A stretch of 64,000 nucleotides of DNA from an uncultured bacterium. GTDB taxonomy: Bacteria > Actinomycetota > Acidimicrobiia > Spongiisociales > UBA5794. The first letter of the stretch is position 1; every line of letters starts with the position of its first letter. The notes under the pieces are model-generated. The model worked only from the letters and a program-made list of their open reading frames with translations, did no database searches and was not told the origin of the DNA. The translations under genes and the position numbers were made by a program. The DNA lies in the NCBI GenBank assembly GCA_963801165.1, contig CAWDDT010000009.1, positions 128,001-192,000 of the forward strand, in the 5' to 3' direction. This document shows, piece by piece, positions 59,174-64,000 of the stretch.

Positions 59174-59959
59174 ATGGAGATGGCGAAGCGCGCGCGTATG
59201 ATCTTGTGGCCGGCACTCGCTGCGGTCTTGTTGGTGACAGCATGCTCGGGGACCACCACTGCGACGACGACGTCCTCTACCGAGCCGCCCGGCACCTCGA
59301 CGACGGTGGCCGACACCACAACTCCACCAACTACCGCAGCGACGACGACATCGACCACATCTACGACGGCTGCGGTCACTCAGGAAGGAGCGGGACACGG
59401 GTCCGGGATCATCGGGATCGTTGGGTGCTCCAACTCGGCGATGGCCGCAGCCGGCTACGACGTGGTCTCCGCCAAGGACTATCTGACGCAGGGGGGTCTC
59501 ACCGGGGGATCCATTGCCGTCTGGGGCAATCCGGGCCCCGCCCGGTACGACCGCTACTGGGGGCTGTACGACGACCGGCGGCCCACCGATGGCTACACCG
59601 CCACCTGGTTCCAGCTGTGTATCCGGACCACGGAGCACAAAGGGAGCTTCAACGACGAGATCAAGGGCTGGATACAGCACGTTGTCGACCAGATCCACGA
59701 GCGCGATCCCGGGATCCCGATCTGGATCTCCCCGGTCAACAGCTACACCGATGGACTGGTGTGCCCCACGATCGGAGAAGAAGGTGCGGCCATCGCCACC
59801 GAGGCTGCTGATTGGGCGGCGGGGAACGTCTCCGGGGTGGAGCGGGGACCCGACCTGGGCCCGATCCACGCCGACGAGCTCGACCCGGGCGAGCAATGTC
59901 ATCCAAATCTGACGGGGCAGAGCGCCCTCGGGGAGCAGCTAGTCGCGTTCTTCGATTAG
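59174..59959 (+). CDS. Lipoprotein with SGNH-like domain
   Basis: Lipobox VTAC, Thr-rich linker, IVGCSNS, QCHPN..G. Confidence 0.7.
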   Translation: MEMAKRARMILWPALAAVLLVTACSGTTTATTTSSTEPPGTSTTVADTTTPPTTAATTTSTTSTTAAVTQEGAGHGSGIIGIVGCSNSAMAAAGYDVVSAKDYLTQGGLTGGSIAVWGNPGPARYDRYWGLYDDRRPTDGYTATWFQLCIRTTEHKGSFNDEIKGWIQHVVDQIHERDPGIPIWISPVNSYTDGLVCPTIGEEGAAIATEAADWAAGNVSGVERGPDLGPIHADELDPGEQCHPNLTGQSALGEQLVAFFD

Positions 59960-59964
59960 GAGCG

Positions 59965-60927
59965 TCAACTGAACACCTCGCGTTCACGCAGCACCCGTAC
60001 GAACTCCTCGGCAATCGCCTTCTTGTGCTCGGGCATGTACTTGACGAAGTCGCCGAGCCCTGACACACCGACCCCCTTCAGGATGCGGTCGGCGTCGACA
60101 ATCGAGAAGTCCATCTTCCTCGACAGCTCGATGAGCGCCAGCGCGTACTCCCGGCGCCGGGTGCGATGCGGGCTGTGGCTCAGCTTGTAGTCGAAGACTT
60201 GTCGTCCTGGATCAACCGTCAGCGTGTTGAGGTAGACGACCTCGGCGCCGAGCCGCTGGCGCACCAGGTTGACGATCCGCTCGAAGTTCGCCATGGATTC
60301 CTCGAGGGGGAGCCGGCCGGCCTTCTCGAAGTTCTTGGCGAACCATTTCACCGTGTCGAGGTCGCCTAGCGCTTCCTTGATGTCGGCTGCGAGCCAGAAC
60401 CCGCCCGGGTCGACGAGGAAACCGTGCTCCTTGTGCCGGTACAGGGTTCGGGACAGATCCGTGGACATAGTCAAGACGACGACGTTCTTCGGAAACGCAC
60501 CCATCTGCTCATGGCCGGGCACTACGAACCCGGGCTCGAAGAGCACCGGTTGGAACATGTTCTTCTCGAGTTGCAGCCGCTCAGAGACCTCGGCGACCGC
60601 GTCGGCGTCGACTCCGTCGACGGTCTGGAGGATTAGATCTGATCGCGTGAATTGTGCCCGCCCCGCGGCCCAGGCGGCGCCGGTTGCCGATGTGGCGCGG
60701 CGCAACCACGGGCCGGACTCGGCGATGATCCAGGTGTCGCAGCCACCGTACCCGAAGACACCGATTCTCTTCTCGTCCCCGCGGAACACCACGTAGGTTG
60801 TCTGCTTGGTCATCCCCGAGGTGCGCAGAGCGGTGCGGTTCCTCATCCGACGCAGCTTGGTCTCGATGGCGCTGTCGTCGCCGGCGAAGCGGCGCAAAGT
60901 GCGCACGGCCCTCTTCTTCAGCTTCAT
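59965..60927 (-). CDS. SGNH-like protein, GGCD...DFVK (module copy 2, protein A2)
   Basis: Shares RTLYR.K.HGF.VDPGG.WL, LGDLD.V.WF and TRRRE with A1. Confidence 0.7.
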   Translation of the reverse strand: MKLKKRAVRTLRRFAGDDSAIETKLRRMRNRTALRTSGMTKQTTYVVFRGDEKRIGVFGYGGCDTWIIAESGPWLRRATSATGAAWAAGRAQFTRSDLILQTVDGVDADAVAEVSERLQLEKNMFQPVLFEPGFVVPGHEQMGAFPKNVVVLTMSTDLSRTLYRHKEHGFLVDPGGFWLAADIKEALGDLDTVKWFAKNFEKAGRLPLEESMANFERIVNLVRQRLGAEVVYLNTLTVDPGRQVFDYKLSHSPHRTRRREYALALIELSRKMDFSIVDADRILKGVGVSGLGDFVKYMPEHKKAIAEEFVRVLREREVFS

Positions 60928-60937
60928 CTGACGTTCC

Positions 60938-61936
60938 TCACTCTGCCGTCCTCGTCCCCACCCGGAAGTCCGCACCTGCCAATTCGCTGCCCGCGTCACC
61001 CTCAGGTGATGTCACCATGACCCCGGCGACGTCACCGGCGGTGGCGGCCGCACCGTGGGGAACCGTGATCTCTCGCAGGTACGCGGCGCCTCCGGCCACG
61101 ACGGTTATGTCGATCGAGCGCACACGCTCGGCCTTCCTGGATCGCCCACCGGTCTTCTCCGGGTTCGTGTTCTCATCCTCGTGTCCCATATCGAAGCGAT
61201 GCACCCGCGTCTCGAAACGAAAGTCGAATAGCGGATCGCCGTCGGCGACTGCTGCGCCCGGGCTCACGTGCCATCTGGTCACGGTGCCTACCCTCGTCCT
61301 GCGGTCGAAGCTCGGGATGACGAGCCGCATCACCGGTGCTTGCAGCGTACCTCCGAGCGCTCCCGATTGATCGATGGCCGTCACCGCCTCCTCGGTAAGG
61401 AAGTCTAAAGCGGCGCCGGTCAACTCGCCCGGGCCGGGAACAGTCTCGATTCCGCCCACTTCGGCGACGGCGCCGTCAACGTCGATCACCTGGATGCCGG
61501 CATCGCCGGCCCGGTGCTCGAGATTGGCAAGCAGCCGATGCGCCCTCATGGCGAACGTGTCGGGCACCCCGCCGTATCTATGTACCCGCTGGGTCGGGTC
61601 GTAGGTCGAGACCGTGAACAAGAACAGCGTCACGTCGTATCCGGCGAGCAGCTTGGCGACGGTGACGAGATTGTCGATGGTCTGGTCCGGCTCGAGCGGA
61701 TCGGGTTGGAAGAGCTCCATATGAAGCGAGGTGATGAGCGCGCCGGCAGGTATCGTGTTCGCACGCACGTACCGCACCAACGCATCGCTCCGCATCGCCG
61801 GGAGCCTGGTGATCGCGGCTCCGGCCCGCTCTTCGAGCAGACCGGGGCGACCGATGGTCGCGACTATGTCAGGCGACTCAGTCAACGTGACCGCGCGCTC
61901 GCCCACCCTGGATGTCGTGTCGTTCAAAGCCATCAT
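60938..61936 (-). CDS. Fusion of SGNH-like B domain and pseudo-lipoyl domain (module copy 2)
   Basis: VSTYDP, RAHRL, VIDVDGAVAE, then GTVTRWHVSPG..VADGDPLF; start uncertain. Confidence 0.68.
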   Translation of the reverse strand: MMALNDTTSRVGERAVTLTESPDIVATIGRPGLLEERAGAAITRLPAMRSDALVRYVRANTIPAGALITSLHMELFQPDPLEPDQTIDNLVTVAKLLAGYDVTLFLFTVSTYDPTQRVHRYGGVPDTFAMRAHRLLANLEHRAGDAGIQVIDVDGAVAEVGGIETVPGPGELTGAALDFLTEEAVTAIDQSGALGGTLQAPVMRLVIPSFDRRTRVGTVTRWHVSPGAAVADGDPLFDFRFETRVHRFDMGHEDENTNPEKTGGRSRKAERVRSIDITVVAGGAAYLREITVPHGAAATAGDVAGVMVTSPEGDAGSELAGADFRVGTRTAE

Positions 61937-62094
61937 CCCCCACGAGTCTGTCGTGAGAATAGCCACGGGTTCTGCCTGGTAGAGGGCGAAGCCGATGTGC
62001 ATACCCAGGGCGCGTTACCGCCCCCCGGCAGGATCGCGTCGGGTGTAAGGTCTCGACTCAGTTCAGTCGCACCAGGCGCGATCACGAGGGATCG

Positions 62095-62886
62095 ATGAGT
62101 GTTGTCACGTACGGGGATCGGGCATTTCGGCGCGCCACGGCGCCGCTGCGGCACTACCCCGGATTCCTGATTATCGGTGGGATTCGGTGCGGCACGACCT
62201 CTCTGATCCGCTACCTCGGTGAGCACCCCGAAGTCGCTATCGCCTCGACCAAGGAGCCGCATTTCTTCGACTGGAACTTCGGGCGCGGCGACAACTGGTA
62301 CCGATCCTTCTTCCCGCTGCGCGTAGCCGGCAGGCATCTCGTCGTGGGTGAGTCGAGCCCCGCCTATCTGATGGACACGCGGGCGCCGGCCCGGTCGGCC
62401 GCCTCGATGCCGGAGGCCAGGCTGCTGTTGCTCGTGCGCGACCCGGTGGAGCGAGCGCACTCTCACTACCGCTACCGGTACGAACGGGGCCACGAGCCAG
62501 CCGCCACGTTTGAAGAGGCGCTGGCGCTGGAGGAGGAGCGCTTGAAGCAGGCTGTTGCCTCAGGCCGGGGACAATCGCTGCTGAGCGGATACTTCCATCA
62601 CGGGCTGTACGAGACCGGTCTCAGCCGGTGGCTCGAGCATTTCGACCGCTCCCAGATCATGACGATTGCCAGCGAAGATTTCTACGCCGACACCAGTGGC
62701 GTCTTCGCTCGCATTCTTCGCTTCCTGGGATTGACCAACTATGAGCTAGACCATTACGCCGTGCACAACGCCGCCGCGAGCGCCACGATGGATCCTGTCA
62801 CCAGAGCGAGCCTCGTGGACCGCTACCGGGAGCCGAACGAGCGGTTGTACGAGCTGATTGGCGTCGACCTCGGATGGGCCCGATGA
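62095..62886 (+). CDS. Sulfotransferase (heparan-sulfate-ST-like)
   Basis: IIGGIRCGTTSL, KEPHFF, ESSPAY, RDPVERAHSHY. Confidence 0.92.
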   Translation: MSVVTYGDRAFRRATAPLRHYPGFLIIGGIRCGTTSLIRYLGEHPEVAIASTKEPHFFDWNFGRGDNWYRSFFPLRVAGRHLVVGESSPAYLMDTRAPARSAASMPEARLLLLVRDPVERAHSHYRYRYERGHEPAATFEEALALEEERLKQAVASGRGQSLLSGYFHHGLYETGLSRWLEHFDRSQIMTIASEDFYADTSGVFARILRFLGLTNYELDHYAVHNAAASATMDPVTRASLVDRYREPNERLYELIGVDLGWAR

Positions 62887-63770
62887 CGAAGCTGACGTCG
62901 GTGTTGATCCTATCCGACAAGTCATCGGGGTCGAGTGTGCTCCAGCGCGAGCTCGCCCGACACTCTGGCGTGAACACGATGCGGAAGCCGCCCCACCAGG
63001 AAGGGGAGACCCTCTATTGGAGCAAGTGCGCGGCCCTCCTCGGCCTGCCGCAGCCGGCCATGATCGACTCGAAGCTCCTACCGATGTCGGCCGGCCGGGC
63101 AAGCTCCGCCCTGGCGAATCTCATTGCCGCCAATCTCGACGGCCCTGTTGCGACGCCGGCGACCCGTGCCGAGGTCTTCGCCGTGTGGCGTGCGCTCACG
63201 GAACAGTACGCACCTGCGTTCCTGGAGAAGTCGCCACATCACCTGCACAATCGAGCCGTTCTGGAGCTGTTGCTCGACGCCGCCGCGAGTCTCGACGACG
63301 TCGATTTTCGTTTCATCGGTCTCGTGCGCAACCCACTCGATACTCTCTACTCCATGTGGCAGCGTTGGCGCACCGTACCCGAGGCGAGGGCCGGTGAGTG
63401 GTGCCGGGCATACGAAAACCTTTTGTGGCTGCAAGACGCTGTGCCGGGAGCAATCCGAATCATTCGCTACGAGGACATGGTCACGCAACCGGCCGTAGTC
63501 ACCGGTGTGCTCGATTTCATCGGTGTGACGCCGGATCCGATCGTGGGTGAGGGATTCCACCGTGGATCGCTTCACGCATGGAGAGACGACTCGAGGTTCG
63601 GCTACCAGCCGGATTCCCGACTCCGTGCACTGGCCGGCGCGTTTGGCTACGGCCCGGACGATCTCGACAGCGGCGCCAGCCGCTTGTGGCCGTTCGAGCG
63701 TGAGCTGCTGCACAGGGTGCGCCGGCTCCGGACGAGGGCGGGGTCGATCTGGCGGTCGGGTAGACATTGA
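62883..63770 (+). CDS. Sulfotransferase family protein
   Basis: SDKSSGSS, FLEKSP, VRNPLDTLYS, RYEDMV; ATGA coupling. Confidence 0.82.
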   Translation: MTKLTSVLILSDKSSGSSVLQRELARHSGVNTMRKPPHQEGETLYWSKCAALLGLPQPAMIDSKLLPMSAGRASSALANLIAANLDGPVATPATRAEVFAVWRALTEQYAPAFLEKSPHHLHNRAVLELLLDAAASLDDVDFRFIGLVRNPLDTLYSMWQRWRTVPEARAGEWCRAYENLLWLQDAVPGAIRIIRYEDMVTQPAVVTGVLDFIGVTPDPIVGEGFHRGSLHAWRDDSRFGYQPDSRLRALAGAFGYGPDDLDSGASRLWPFERELLHRVRRLRTRAGSIWRSGRH

Positions 63771-64000
63771 ACGGCGATCGACTCTCCCCAGCGGGAGCAA
63801 GCGGGGCCTGCTGCGCCGTGGCCGGTGCTCCGATACACTCCCGGTCGGGGGGAAGCGCAGAGACGACTTGGTCGGTCAGCATGAGGGGTAGCGGAATGCC
63901 AGCAGACGGCTCCATCAGCGGTGGCGAACCGACTCGCGCCCGCTCGGCGGCGGAAAAGGAGTGCCGGCACGTCGCCTCCGTGGGTCTCGTTGCGATCCTC

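Noticed and set aside
63771-64000. Partial gene at the right edge
   Set aside because: No reading frame with recognisable motifs, so it cannot be called

Overview
High-GC, gene-dense bacterial chromosome segment from an actinobacterium (whiB, ask-asd with an internal beta-subunit start, many apparently leaderless genes; Acidimicrobiia-like by inference). Most of it is housekeeping and transport: iolE plus an inositol-type ABC importer, glpX, thiolase, hrpA, mce, ask-asd, tRNA-Pro(CGG), selA-selB, mrp/erpA, a frameshifted ALDH, and a compact leuS behind a Leu-codon attenuator. Two regions stand out. (1) At the left edge, a beta-class DNA methyltransferase is fused to a degenerate PD-(D/E)xK nuclease-like domain and coupled to an unknown gene. 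(2) At 52.5-63.8 kb, a cluster holds five sulfotransferases, a Cys-type/inactive alpha/beta-hydrolase pair, and a duplicated three-part module. The module comprises an SGNH-like pseudoenzyme, a lysine-less 'pseudo-lipoyl' domain and a GGCD-motif SGNH-like protein, split into three genes in one copy and partly fused in the other. It is the best candidate here for an undescribed system, probably acylation and sulfation of a surface glycan. No CRISPR array, rRNA, integrase or transposase was recognised. All family calls come from motif recognition by eye, and many start codons were re-picked downstream of the ORF-track starts.
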